This document shows positions 12,028-25,929 of a DNA stretch of 64,000 nt, piece after piece. Location of the stretch: the NCBI GenBank assembly GCA_951406725.2, contig OX597816.1:182218001-182282000 (forward strand), given 5' to 3'. Each line of letters begins with the position of its first letter. The stretch's first letter is position 1. The notes under the pieces were generated by a model. The model worked only from the letters and a program-made list of their open reading frames with translations, searched no databases and was not told the origin of the DNA. This DNA comes from Octopus vulgaris. Its lineage: Eukaryota. The position numbers and the translations under genes were made by a program.

Positions 12028-15000
12028 CTTATTATTATGAAATTATTGTGTATAGTGGTCAGGTGCACTACAACTCATCAAAGGTGTATGTGCAGTACAT
12101 AGAATTATGTACAAAAGTCAGGAAAGTGAACAGAGTATGAGTCACGACATGAGTCATGTGTGCATGCATATGGAGGTGGGGGGATATCAGGAGTAGTGTT
12201 GGCGAATTTCAGGAATCACGGAGGTTTTAAAGGATGCAATGTCTTGGCAACTGACAATTGATGCAGGTACTTTGTTCTGTGTTTCCAAAAGTCATGGGTG
12301 CTGTGCTGTTTTCTGACTTTGTAGACCTACCCACATGCATTAGACACATGGAGCTCAAAAAGGTGCTCAAGGTGGTTGTTGGCACGATGATTAATAATTT
12401 GGTGGGTGTTTACCAAGTCAGTTGCCAGACGTCGGAGGGAGTTTTGATGTATCTCTGCCCAGGAAAGCAAGGCGTTCAAAGTATGGTAGATGCCTGATGG
12501 AAGGTATTCGCTTAGTTGCATGTCTCTGAACAGTCTCCAGGTCAATGTCCTGAACAAGATAGGGGTTCCAGACTGGTGATGCAAATTCCAAGTGTGACCA
12601 CACCATACAACCTTAAATAGGTAGCTGGAGAGCGGCTGATAAAGGTCTTGCTGAATTATGCCAAGACGCCCTCGGCCTTGACGGTTTTAGAGATGTGCTT
12701 TGTCCAGCGCAAATCGCTGCTGACAGTAATGCCCAGGTCAAGTTCACAAGAGTATGTGGGCACTGGGTTTTCCCTCCCAAAATGCATGGTGGTACACTTG
12801 TCCACAACCAGCTTGAGTTGCCAGTCTGTGATCTATTGTGTCCCGGTTCGATTGTAGGAAATATCTATGGTGTTCAGGATCTGTCCCTTTTATTTCAAGG
12901 TACAGCTTGATGTCATCTGCATATTTCAGCACCGTGTCATTCTTTAAGCTGGTATCTATGTCATTAATGTGTGCAACAAACAAAAGGGGACCAAGAACAG
13001 ATCCCTGCGGTACATCAAATGACATAGGGTGAAGAATGCTGTCCTAGAACCGTGACTACCTCTTTTCAGTTGAGAATGAAGGACTTCAACCAGTTAAAAA
13101 GATTATCTTTCACACCCATTGCAGATAGTTTTGTCATAAGTCTTTTGTTTGATACAGAATTAAAAGCTTTAGCAAAGTCAAGGTAAACAACATCCACCCA
13201 TGAGCCGCCATCAGTGATCCAGGTGATGTCTTCAAGAAACTCCATAAGTTAATCACAGCAGCTGGAGTTAGGTATAAATCCCAATTGCGAGGGCCGGATA
13301 AAGCTGTGAGAATTCCCAAAGTTCTAGAAGTTTCTCTGACACAGAATACCATCAATTTGGCAATGCAGCTAGTAAGACTGATTGGACGATAGTTGACAGG
13401 CAACGTGCGGTAACCCTTTTTGAACAGAAGAATGACACTGGCAGTTTTCCTCTGCTCCGGAGTATCACCGTTGTTAAGAGTGAAAGCTGGTGCAGAAGAA
13501 AGTACCCATCACCTTTGAGAAGCAGGTGCGTAACACAATCAGGACCAGGAAAAGCATAGTTGTGCTTATTCTTAAGGGGACGTTGCTGCATTGCAGGTGT
13601 AAATTCCATGGTTGTTATGGAATTTGGTGTTAGGGTGGAGATGGTACGTTTTTGTTTTCGACGGCAAGAATACCTGCATAGCATTCAGCAATGAGTTCTG
13701 CGCATTCTTTGGATTCGTCAGTAATCTGGCTTGTGTGGGGATTGTGAAGACCAAATGGAGAGTGAGGTCTCCGCTTTGAACGTACATATTTCCAGAACAC
13801 CTTACTGTCAGGGTTGGTTGCTCTGCGCTGCTCAAATTCAAACACTGTCCTTTTTGTCACCTGCTTGAGATGGTTGGATGATTTATTGCGTTTTTTCCTA
13901 TTTATATCTGATTTATGCAGTTTGTATTCTCGTTCAGCATTACGACGTTCTTTGTTGGCAAGTCTGACTGTTGCAGTCTCCCAAACTGCACTTTTGGGAT
14001 GATTTTTATGCTTACGTGGTACTAATGCTGCACATGCTCTCCATTTGGAGTTCAGGATGTTCTGAAGTATAGTGTTCACATCTCCATAGTGGTAAAATTA
14101 CAGCCGGTTTGGACGTTGTAGCTCGGTGCAGTAAGAATTCCGGTCTACTTTATTCCAAAAGCGAGCAGTTTGGAGATGGATGTGGTTTTTGTTACTGCCC
14201 ATAAGGGACAGACAGATCGGCAATGATCATAGCATGATCAGAGTCGCCTGAAGGTTCCTCAGTAGTAACACCAATAACCGTTTCAGGAGTAGTGGTAAAG
14301 AGTAGAGCTAAAGTTTTGTCACCTCTTGTTGGGGAGTTGACTACTTGAAACCAGTTCGAGTTGAAACTAGCTCAATGAAATCATTTGCACTTTTTGGCCA
14401 ACGAAAGGTTTCCCAATCAATCTCAGAGTGATTGAAGTCACCTGTAATAAAAACACAAGTGGCTGTTTTTCTGGCGGCAGTTCTGAGGACGGTAATTTGG
14501 GCGGTGATAAATAACTCCAAGTGGAAGTGTTGACATGATCATACGTATATCGCGGGAAAATATTTCTTGTGATTGGTTCAAATCAAGGCAAGGAGTTGCC
14601 GAAAAGTTTGAACGAACGTAGACCATTACACCACCACCACGATTATCACAGAGTAAGGAATGTGCCCATGTTTCCGTGACTAATGAAATTGGAGTCGATA
14701 CTTAATAGAAAAGACGTATCTTGTTGCACAAGCTAAGTGCATTTAAGGACAACATTTTGTGCCTTGATTTCAGTTTATGATGATGTATAGAGGATGGCAG
14801 GTTGATTTAATTTCCCACAATTTTTTCATTGCTATTGTGGGTACAGTGTGTTCAGACCAGCTGGTATCTCTTCTCCATGTTTCTCCAGCCTTAATAAACT
14901 TCCATATCTGCCCATCGTCACGTCAACTGAAGCTTTCCCGTTCTACTGAGTTGCAATTTAAGGAAGCTTCAGCACTTGGCTTTGGATGTACATCAGGTGG

Positions 15001-15170
15001 TAGGCCAGGACGTGTTCTAAAAGTAATCTTATTTTCTCGCCTAGCTTTATCAGAGGCTAAAAGGTGTGAACGTGCCCCAGAAGGTTTGAAAAAGCCTGAT
15101 TAGTCTGGATTTCAGACCTGGTCGACCAAGGCGGAGAGCACCCTTCGCGGGGAACACAGCCTAGGTCTGT
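12028..15170 (-). mobile_element. Degraded CR1/L2-group LINE (APE + RT)
   Basis: ORF fragments NYRPISLTSC, VPQGSVLGPLLF, KYADDIKLY, HLEFASPVWNPY, plus APE remnants VYVRS...GVIY. (TAA)n-like 3' tail and many frameshifts. Confidence 0.9.
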
Positions 15171-16608
15171 GTTTTATTATATGAATCTAAGAATGAACTT
15201 CTACACCTAAATGAGCTCTCATCGTGCAATGAGATAGCAAAGTCACACGTTGTATCTTAATGAATAACGCATACCATAATATAGTTCTGATTATACTTGT
15301 ACCATATACTTACGTGATGGAGTTTCGGCTAGATCGCTCTTGTTAATAGTTGTGTTTTATCAGTCCTGATTTTGGATTTAACCGCCATCACCACCATCAA
15401 TCCAATCCACAACTTCAGATCTTTCTATTTTTTTTCAGTCAGCTAAAAATTTAGAGTAGTTGTTCTATATTGTCGCTTCTCATAAGATTTAATTAACAGT
15501 TTAATATAGAGTAGAAAATATTACTCCTGTTGCCTGCGCTTACAAACACGCATTCCAACATCCGTGCTAAGGAAAAAAAAAAAGAAAAAGGAAAAAGAAC
15601 AGTTTTAGAGCTCAGTGACTAATAAAATCGAAACATTGAAAGTTGTCGCTCAAAATCGACAAAAATGAATTTTTATCAGTTTGGCGAGAACGGGAGACAA
15701 CTCTGCACATGCTTCTACTTGATTAGACCTCTTCAGCGAAGCCCAAATTTAATTAGTTAATATCCCTTTCCTCAAAATCTCAAGCTTTGTGCCTATATGC
15801 CTACATTACTAAGTAAAGAAAACACTAGGAATCTCAAAAGTACCTCTCTAGTCTTTGTTCTCTTTAGTGTGTCTATTTGCTATTCATTTTTCAGACGTGG
15901 TCTTGCATGTGTTATGAAGTGATGCCGATGTTATCTTGGGGTATGAATTTATCAAAGGAAAATCCCTTAACGTTAATCTAATCTTAGTGAGTTTACTAAG
16001 CAGGTAATGTCTGTCCACACTTTTGTACTATTTTCCATTCTAAAAGCGCAAATCTCTTAGTTATATTCAGATAATAATCTATTGTATAAGAAACCTTCAG
16101 TTAGTATTTTTTTCTAATGGGAAGAAATAGTTATATCCTGTTTTAGGATTTAACAAAAATGAAAGTGCAATGCGAAATAAACGAATTAAAAAAAAACTGG
16201 AGGTAACGACAGTAAAAATGCAAAGAAACTTGTCCATGTTAAAAACTATTCTCGAGAGTCTCGCTTCGTGTCTCAATAGCTCCGATCGCAATTCACCGAC
16301 ATTTTTTTTAGAACAATTTACTTTCACTCTATTTACAACAGTAAACTGCATGTTAACGTCTTTGATTATATTCTCCAATGTTTTTTTTTTTTTTTCATTT
16401 TTTATTTAGATGTTAGAGGTTTAAGGGAGATTTGGCTGTTATTTCTAGGACGACAAGCGACCATACAAAGGCTTCTTTCCTCGCGTCGTCTGCTGCCTTA
16501 TTGTTCTGCATGCATTCATGTCTGCGCAAATGAACATTAAATTAAATGAAAAATTAAATTTTAAAAAGTCGTTATTTTCGTATTTTAAAACGTGAAATAA
16601 AAAAAACA

Positions 16609-17559
16609 GGATCTTTTCTTTTTGAAGGCCAGATTTTCCTAGTTAACTAAAAAATTTGAAACTTCGTATTCTGGTAGAATGTGTCAAAAGAAAACATTAC
16701 TGTAAACAACATTGAAAACAAAATTGTAATTCGTATAATTTTAAGAATTTTAACCAATGAAATCCCAACATCTTCGAATTTTAACCAATGAAATCCCAGC
16801 ATTGCTGCGTTATCGATATTGATAAAGAAATATAGCAGACGCACGACACACACGACACACACACGCACATTTGCACAAGCACATAGTAATTAATATATAA
16901 GCGTACACACACATACAAACGGACATATACATACACACACATACGCACACAAGCAAAAATACACGTTCGTGTTTTGCCACTTGCCGCAACAAATTTGCAC
17001 AGAAGGGGGGGTCAATGTTTCATCGTTTCGGGGTCGATAAATTAAGTACCAATTACGCACTGGTGTCGAGGATTTTTTTCCCAATTTATATCACAGCTTC
17101 CGACAAGCTGGGGGCATCCTTTTATGAAAAAATATTTCGCAAATTTTTACAATACTACTAACACTCCACGCGCAAACTCGAGACCGATTTAGGCATATTA
17201 TTGTTTTGTTTTTGTTGTTTCTGGCCCTTCAAAACCATGGGAGAAGCCTTTTCGGTAAAAAAAAATTAAAGAAAATATTAAAAAAATATCGTTAATATTT
17301 TTATTGGGCGACGAAATTAATCGATTTAAGAGATATAACTGTTATTTCCAGCACATGTAGAAGACAGAAGAAGCGATAAATAATTTGAGCTCGAATGCTG
17401 CGATTTCATTGGTTAAAATTCTTAAAATTAAACTACGTTTAAGTTACGAATAACAATTTTGTTTACAATAATGTTTTCTTTTGACACATTCTACCAGTAT
17501 ACGAAGTTTCAAATTTTTTAGTTAACTAGGAAAACCTGGCCTTCAAAAAGAAAAGATCC
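16609..17559. mobile_element. Non-autonomous DNA element with ~170-190 bp terminal inverted repeats
   Basis: GGATCTTTTCTTTTTGAAGGCCAG...AGCATT at the left end is inverted at ~17394-17559. It interrupts an A-run in one unit of a ~135-bp tandem repeat. Confidence 0.7.
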
Positions 17560-18400
17560 AAAAAAAAAAATCTTAAAAAGTTCGAAACAAAAGAATTGAG
17601 ATATGAATTCAAATTTTGAAAAGCTGTTTTTTTTCATATGAAAAATCATTATCTCCATTGAATTTATTTAAGAATCGTTATTTTCGTATTTTAAAACATG
17701 AAGAAAAAAAATTAAGTTAGAAACAAAAGAATTGGGATTTTAATTAAAATTTTGAAAAGCTGTATTTTGAAGAAAAATCATTATCTCCATTGAATTCTCT
17801 ATACGTACATTGTATATAACACTAACTGAACTTGTTTTCACATGCTCGCGCTTGAGTAATTTTTTTGGTGATAATTGTTAAACAAATATGCTGGTTTTTA
17901 TAATCGAACATTATACATCTCTCTTTCAACACAACTTTCAACACAACTTCGGCCTATGTTTCGCTGATGAGGTCGGAAAAATTGAGAACTGTTGAGAGTT
18001 GTTTCCTATACTAATTATTGAATTATATTTTGTTTTCCTCATCGCATAATTATTTCTAAAAAGCAATGATTTTTATATATTAAATATGTGAACAAGACTC
18101 GACAAAATGGGCTGAATGGCTAGAGTAACGCTTATGCTATGCTGATGAGGTTTAATAAAGTTAAAATAAGTTAAAAGTTGTCTCTACTTATCTATTTTCG
18201 AGCTTAACTCCACTGCTTGCCCACTTGAATTTCTAGTTCGGAGTTAATCGTTAACTAATGGGCATTTCTCCCCCTCCTAATTGATTTTAATTAGTGAAAC
18301 ATTTTTGGTTCATTTCATTAAGTATGTTATCACTTATTGCCACTAAACTGCTTCAGTTTGATTTTACGGACAAGATTTCTTTTATCAACATATATTTCTC

Positions 18401-18403
<3 letters not shown>

Positions 18404-18433
<30 letters not shown>

Positions 18434-18470
18434 TGTATGTATGTATGTATGTATGTATGTATGTATGTAT
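18404..18470. repeat. (TATG)n microsatellite
   Basis: Directly visible. Confidence 0.95.
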
Positions 18471-18509
18471 TTTACAGTAGTATCTATGCCAAACAGTGTT
18501 TAGGTATAA

Positions 18510-18768
18510 GCGACTTTTAGGTTAGTTAAAATATGTTTGTGACATATTTTAACTTCTAAAGGTAAAAACCTCTCTTCTGGTGAAAAGGTGTAAAAACTCC
18601 ATATCTGTCCAGTGCTTCCCGCGCTACCTACCGTCGGATTTCCAAACGCGTTTCGAGCTCTTTAGCCTTTTTTTACCACAAGAACGAATTTTTCTCCACG
18701 GTATCTATGTGAATTTGACTTTAGAAGTTGAAATATGTCACAAACATTTTAACTAGCCTAAAGTTCGC
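18510..18768. mobile_element. MITE-like element with ~55-bp imperfect inverted repeats
   Basis: TTTAGGTTAGTTAAAA..TGTTTGTGACATATTTTAACTTCTAAAG is inverted at ~18718-18768. Confidence 0.55.
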
Positions 18769-18847
18769 GCGCACACACATGTAAGGAAAGGAAAAAATAT
18801 AAGCGTAGACATCCCTTTAATTCAAAGTTGGTACAAATCCAATAAAG

Positions 18848-18934
18848 ATTCTACAAGTTGTTTCCGAGCCTAATTAATTCAAACCAAAAACGAAAAATTT
18901 ATCCTTTATCCAAATTAGGCTTTTCCTCAGGAAT
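18848..18934 (-). ncRNA. Type I hammerhead ribozyme motif with long stem II loop
   Basis: Minus strand: auuc-CUGAGGA-aa-agccuaauu...aauuaggcu-cg-GAAAC-aacuu-GUA-gaau. Stem I 4 bp, stem II 9 bp, stem III ACAA/UUGU. Confidence 0.75.
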
Positions 18935-19219
18935 TCATTATTAGAATGAATGGGTTCAACCAACAAGAATATAAAGACCTTTACAATAGCACAGAAAGGA
19001 GTAAACAAATTATGATGGAAAGAAATTAACTGAACGCCAGACCAATCAAAACCAGAAAAAATATATAAATCCACCTATATTTTTTCCTTTCCTTATACTT
19101 TATTCATTTATTATACCATTACTGAATATATAGTTTTTTTCTTTTATTTATCCTGTGCTTGGATTAAACCGGCGGACTTGGATGTTTAACATCCCTTTGA
19201 AGGATTTAGGTCCTTACTT

Positions 19220-19272
<53 letters not shown>

Positions 19273-19529
19273 CGAAATGTACAGTATTATATATCCATTA
19301 CGGCTGATCTTGCCAATCTGTTTCGCACTAGGGGTTCAACGGAGTGTTTGGTGACAGTCCGTTTATGTAACCCTGCTCTCTTCAGAGGTAGCCGTTATGG
19401 AATGAAATATGGCAACTCATTGATCGATGGAGTTGGGATATTCTTTGTTGAATATCCTAAGCCATACAATTCCATTGTAATAGATGTATAATATCCATGG
19501 TGAACCTTTGGTAACTATGCAGATTGCAC

Positions 19530-19577
<48 letters not shown>

Positions 19578-19711
19578 TGTGTGCATGCGTGTGTGTGTGT
19601 GTGTGGGGGGTGCGTGCGCGCGCTCATAAAACAAGATTAATTACCAAGAAATTGAAAATATATATTTTCTATAAAACGCTAATTTAGCGACGTTGTCGTT
19701 CGACCTGCTAC

Positions 19712-19973
19712 AAATAGTAGCTAAACCATTTCTTACCTACAGAGTCCTTTGGTTCCTATTTTACTCGGATGAGCCCTCATAGTTGTTTGATTGTATTATA
19801 AATTGTATTATTTTTTTAGAATTAAATATTATTGGTAATTGTATGAAAAAAAGAAATCGTTAAAATATTTTGCGTATTATAGATATTGATAACCAATTCA
19901 ATGCTAATAAATTTTAATAACGAAATCTTATATGGAGCCCCAAAGGCAATACGTACTCCGGTTGAGAACCACT
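19712..19973 (+). mobile_element. Degraded hAT MITE (same family as 32475-33789)
   Basis: Right end GGTTGAGAACCACTG, and internal similarity to 32490-32550. Confidence 0.55.
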
Positions 19974-20120
19974 GAGCTAAATTGTCTTCAGACCACTCCA
20001 CACCGAACGATAGAAAGTCGTACTGGACAATTATGGCCCTATTTCTGAAAAAAAAGACAGGACGGTCACTGCTAAAATATTTTTGATAGTAAGTCCCTTC
20101 AAGCCGACTGAATAACTTGT

Positions 20121-20153
<33 letters not shown>

Positions 20154-20155
<2 letters not shown>

Positions 20156-21083
20156 TCAATGAAGAAGCAGACCGAACTCAACTCCAGTCTGACCTATATG
20201 CTGTGAGTCAATGGGCAGACAGAAACAAAATGCAACTGAATGAGGGAAAATTTGAGCTGATGCATTTTGGAAGAAATTCCTCACTAAAACAACCATGCTC
20301 TCTTCCTTCAGGGGAACCGCTCACAGCCTCTAACAATATCAGAGACCTGGGTGTAATTGTTGATGACGATCTCAATTGGAGTGCACACATCAACAAGAAG
20401 GTCGATACAGGTCGTAGGATGAGTTCCTGAATCTTAAGAACTTTCTGGTCCAGAGAACAAGGTGTAATCATACCACTTTTTTCATCCTTTGTACGGCCAC
20501 ACCTTGAATACTGCTGCCCACTGTGGTCTCCTCACACAAGACAAAACATCTCCAGAATTGAGTCACCCCAGAGGGCTCTCACTAAACAAATTGAAGGCAT
20601 GGCTGCTCTCGATTATTGGGATCGCCTTAAAGCCTTGAAACTTTACTCCCTCCAGCGTCGCCGTGAGCAGTACATCATTTGTACGATGTGGAAAATATAC
20701 CGCCAACTTTGCCCAAACGACCTAAACATTAGCTTCAAGGTTCATCCGAGACTTGGACCACGGGCTATACGTCCCCTGCCAAATTCAAGATCACAACATA
20801 CATGTACACTGCAACATAATTTCTTTTCCTCAACAGGCCCTGCCCTATTTAACATTGTCCCGAAAGAGATCAAAGAGGAACAGGATCCCATCAACTTCAA
20901 ACAGAGTCTGGATAGATTCCTTCAAAGAATACCAGACAAGCCACCCATAATTGGATACAACTCACCCAACAAGAACTCACTACTTGAACAAAACTTGACT
21001 TAAACAGGATTCGAATAATCCTATCAGGTGGTGCTATTAAGTTAGACATGGCCTGGACCAATCTCTGGTCGAAACATATCTAA

Positions 21084-21085
<2 letters not shown>
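20154..21085 (+). mobile_element. 5'-truncated CR1-group LINE (RT C-terminus + 3' UTR) in (TA)n
   Basis: IRDLGV, VRPHLEYCCPLWSP, LYSLQRRRE motifs, a 3' stem-loop GACCA-atctc-TGGTC-GAAAC, and (TA)n on both sides. Confidence 0.9.
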
Positions 21086-21130
<45 letters not shown>

Positions 21131-22042
21131 TTTATCTTTTTACTTGTTTCAGTCATTAGACTGCAGTCATCCGGGGAACTGCCTTGAAAGAATCGACCCC
21201 ACTTAACTCTTTACTTTTTTACTTGTTTCAGTCATTTGACTCTGGCCATGCTGGAGTACCGCCTTTAGTCGAGCAAATCGACCCCAGGACTTATTCTTTG
21301 TAAGCCTAGTACTTATTCTATCGGTCACTTTTGCCGAACCGCTAATTTACGGGGAGGTAAACACACCAGCATCGATTGTCAAGCGATGTTGGAGGGGGAC
21401 AAACACAGACACACAAATACACACACACACACATATATATGTTTGTGTGTGTGTACATACATATACATATATACGACGGGCTTCTTTCAGTTTCCGTCTA
21501 CGAAATCCACTTACAAGGCTTTGATCGGCCCAAGGCTATAGTAGAAGACACTTGCCCAAGGTGCCACGCAGTGGGACAGAACCCATATCAAAATTTTATT
21601 TTACAGATATCTTAAATCGGCGAGCTGGCAGTATCGTTAGCACGCCGGGTAAAATGCTTAGCAGTATTTCGTTCGTCTCTACGTTCTAAGTTCAAACTCT
21701 GTCAACTTTGCCTTTCATCTTTTCGAAATCGATGAAATAAGTATCAGTTACGCACTCGATCGATGTAATCAACTCGTCCTCTCCTTCAGAATTTCAGGCA
21801 ATCGTACAATAAATACAGAGACTAATACATCTGCATATTTTAATTTTTACAGCATAATTGGAGTAGATGCGACCCACACGTGTTTCTGCTGCACGGAGAA
21901 TTAGCGAACCACATTTGTGGACATAGCTTTAATAAAGGTGTATAGTTGAAAATAGCTGGTTGCAAATGAAGCCGCTAATTCTCTATGTAGCAAAAACAAG
22001 TGTCGGTCGTATATAAACCGATTATGCTGTATAATTAATTGC

Positions 22043-22077
<35 letters not shown>

Positions 22078-22186
22078 ATACAAACATTGGCGCAGGCGTG
22101 GCTGTATAAGAAGCTTGCTTCTCGGCCACATGGTTCTTGACTCATTCCTTCTGCGAGGCTTCTTGGATAAGTGTTATATATAAGTG

Positions 22187-22242
<56 letters not shown>

Positions 22243-22652
22243 GTTGACAACCAGTGTTGGTACGTTTAAGGCCCATGACTTAGTGGTTCGGCAAAAGATT
22301 TCAATAAAAAAGTACCGGGCTTTAAAAAAATTACCAGTACTTTTTTAAAGCCTGGTACTTACCTTATTGAAATCGACTAAAAATTATTCAAGGTGGTGCC
22401 CCAGCATGGCCGCAGAAATAACTACAAGATAAAAATTGGTATACCATTCTCCGTATCCTTTGTAGTTGTCATATATATATATGACAGGAAGCATTTTTAT
22501 CACTTCTATACACCACTTTCCTTGGATAACATTTTAATTTTTATTTCTACAGTCATTCTCCTATTTCCCTACATACTCCTTATTTGCTTCCCTTTCCAAA
22601 GTAACTCCTATATTTAACTCGAATATTACCCTCTATTTAACCATCTCACGTC

Positions 22653-22700
22653 GTCTCTGATGAAGGGATATTCCTAATATCCCAGAAACAGCTGTAAAAC
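22653..22700 (+). ncRNA. Type I hammerhead ribozyme motif
   Basis: CUGAUGA 22657-22663, 8-bp stem II gggauauu/aauauccc, GAAAC-agcu-GUA (palindromic ACAGCUGU), stem I gucu/aaac with one mismatch. A downstream inverted repeat is at 22735-22760 / 22811-22836. Confidence 0.75.
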
Positions 22701-23303
22701 TAACTTTCTCTTTATAAAAATGTTCTGAAAACTTCACACAGCCTTGGCTTTGTTGTCTCATTTTATAACACACACACACACACACAGACGCACACATATG
22801 TTGAATAGAGTGAGATAACAAAGCCAAGGCTGTGTGTGTGTAGGCGCAGGAGTGGCTGTGTGGTAAATAGCTTGCTTACCAACTACATGGTTCCAGGTTT
22901 AGTTCCACTGCGTGGCACCTTGGGCAAGTGTATTCTACTATAGCCTTGGGCCGACTAAAGCCTTGTGAGTGGATCTGGAAGATGGAAACTGAAAGAAGCC
23001 TGTCGTATATATATATATATATATATGCATGCGTGTGTGTATGTTTGTAGTCTGTGTTTGTTCCCCCAATATCGCTTGACAACCGATGCTAGTGTGTTTC
23101 CGCCCCCGTAACTTAGCGGTTCGGCAAAAGGGAACGATAGAATAAGTAATAGGCTTACAAAGAATAAGTTCTGAGGTCGATTTGCTCGACTAAAGGCGGT
23201 GCTCCAGCATGGCCGCAGTCAAATTACTGAAAAGAATATATATATATATAATACCTTAATTGTTCCACGTGTTGTTGTTTTTTCTGTTTTCCCGTTTGGA
23301 TTA

Positions 23304-23364
<61 letters not shown>

Positions 23365-23366
<2 letters not shown>

Positions 23367-24055
23367 TAATACCTCACTTTACGAGAGCCCAGGTTTACGA
23401 GTTTTATTTTTCAAGCACAAGATCCAAATATTGAACGAAGTACAAAAGTTTCTACTACCATAACAAATGCTTCTGCGTGTTATCGAGAAATTTATAGAGA
23501 GCGAAACAAAGCTAACAACTTTAAACTTGTTTTTTTAAAAGAAATCTGCAAGTCCGTCTACGAATGCTTGTGAATAGGCGATCGTGTGCGCGAGTCTAGG
23601 GCGAGTAAAAGTGTTCAAGAAAACTATTAAAATATTTTTTTTTTATTATAAATGATTTCGATAGTCATTTTACTTTACATTCCACTGTTGTTTTATTGGT
23701 ATTTAGTTACGAGTATTATAAGTTTTATAGGTAAAATATTTTTCTGGGAACTAATTGGGATTTATAATATTGTTACTATCGGAAATTATTGCTCTCCTTT
23801 ACGAATTTTATCGAAGCAGTCTATATATATATATATATATATATTTTTATTTTGACTATTTTATATATATATATATATATGTAGGTCCCGGGTTGATTCG
23901 GGGTTAACCACAGTAAATAAGGTACTCAATACATAGCAGAGTAAATGTATTTATTATATAGAAGGAGCTTCTACAGGACTAGAACTGTTTCATTCAAGAG
24001 AAATCTTCAGTGAATGAAACAGTTCTAGTCCTGTAGAAGCTCCTTCTATATAATA

Positions 24056-24103
<48 letters not shown>

Positions 24104-25032
24104 TTCATTTATAAGGATTCATACTATATACAGGTTTAAGTTTGGCTCCATATACGACTAAAAGTCACTGGAGGGTTTCATAAATCAGTAATCTTCCCTA
24201 ACAGAACAGATAAATTACTTACGAAACTGTTGGGTAACTTTTGACTGTATTTGGAGTTAAATTTATAATACTACATAAATAATGTAGCCACTCTACCTTA
24301 TATTGTGCCTGCTCTTTCTGACTTATGAAGCCTCGGACAAGTTACACACTTCAACACACGTCATTATGTCATTTACATATTTTACTTTTACTTAGATATT
24401 TATAACCAGTTTCATAGTAAATGTGATTACGTATTCCGTGTATTTCATAAAACTTCTACGCAACGTATTTACAAGGAGTTACACTTCACTTTTTTTCTAC
24501 TTCAAACTTCGTTATATATTTTTTTCCTCTTTTTTCTCTCCCCCTCTCTTACGCACACTCACTCTAGTTAAATATTATCCACTCCGAATAATACTAATAG
24601 TTTTATATATATAGATTTCTCGCATCATGCACGCAGCTTACTAATACAGATTCCCTGCGCTGGTTCATGAGGCATATCTCAACTAATGTCACTAATTGCT
24701 TCCAAGAGACTTAACTCGAAAAACTATGAAGCGTAAAAAAATCGTATATAAATGAATAAAACAAAAATTATTAGCTTTTATCTGTTTTAATAAATAATTT
24801 GTACACATTTTCATATGTGTTTTATTCGATTTTCCACTTCAGTATTGGTTTTAAAGTGTTTTTTAAAATCTTTATGCTTCTAGATATATTCGCTGAGACC
24901 GACGTATGGTCGGATAAATCAACTGAAGTTGACGTTAATTTTTTTCCAGTAAGTTCTTACACCTTACCCCAAACGACATAAAATAATTTTAAAAAACGTA
25001 ACCTGAAACAACGTAAGTTGAGGTATGCCCGT
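23365..25032. mobile_element. Possible pogo/Tigger-like non-autonomous element with nested inserts
   Basis: Imperfect TIRs AGTAATACCTCACTTTACG...CAGGTTTACG and CGTAACCTG...CGTAAGTTGAGGTAT. Confidence 0.4.
23881..24058. mobile_element. Second copy of the 10707 Penelope-like remnant with a different inversion breakpoint
   Basis: Near-identical to 10707-10907. Arms of ~49 bp with a 14-bp spacer, inserted in (TA)n. Confidence 0.8.
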
Positions 25033-25579
25033 GTTTGTCTCTCAAAATAAGTATCTTCATATATCCAGGTGTCCGTGCAACTTCTCATCACTGAACGCAT
25101 AATATACTCGTGGTTGCAATTCGTTCTGGGTTGACTTCAAACAGAAGTATGGACGGAAGCCGCAAACTCATAAAATTAAATGTTTTAAATGGAATGAAAA
25201 TACGAACTGTTTAAATTTAGATCTAGTTTTATTCGTCTATCTACTCTGTATATTTTCTATATCAACAGTTTATATATTATTAGTGATGTTTGATAGGAAG
25301 GAATGCTGCTGTAACGCTCACAGATGTTACCACTTCACGTAACACAATATGAGCATTTTATTTATATTTTATGGCAGAGGGGGAGAGAGGGAAAAAATGG
25401 ATCTAAATTTGAAGTGTTTGTTTTTTTTACTTTATAACATTCAGTTTTATAGGTTTGTGGGTTTTCATCCATGTTTCAGTTGATATATTGTTACGAACTG
25501 CGAGTATCAGTCGTATATAATGCATGCACAGTCGTACAGCGGTGTGCGCACCCACATACACACATGTATACACCCGGAG

Positions 25580-25915
25580 AGAGAATGAGGAGAGTGGGGG
25601 AGAGTGAAAGAAAGAGATACAGAATTAGACTGAGGAAGAGAGAGCGAGAGAGAGAGAAAGAAAAAGAGTGGGGGAGGAGAGTGAGAAAGAAAAAGTGGGA
25701 GGAGAGAGAAAAAGTGGGGAGGAGAGAGAGTGGGGAAGAAAAAGAAAAAGAGTGGGGGAGGAGAGAGAAAGAAAAAGAGTGGGGGAGGAGAGAGAAAGAA
25801 AAAGAGTGGGGGAGGAGAGAGAAAGAAAAAGAGTGGGGGAGGAGAGAGAAAAGAAGGAGTGGGGGAGAGAGAGAGAAGGAGAGACTTAGAGGGAGGAAGA
25901 AAGAGAAGGAAGGCT
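25580..25915 (+). repeat. Polypurine 27-bp minisatellite (AGAGAGAAAGAAAAAGAGTGGGGGAGG)
   Basis: Several perfect and degenerate units with G4-G5 tracts. It explains the REKEKEWGR ORF. Confidence 0.9.
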
Positions 25916-25929
25916 AGAAAGAGACGACT

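Noticed and set aside
25471-25917. 148-aa charged repeat protein
   Set aside because: Explained by the 27-bp purine minisatellite, which is open in several frames on both strands.
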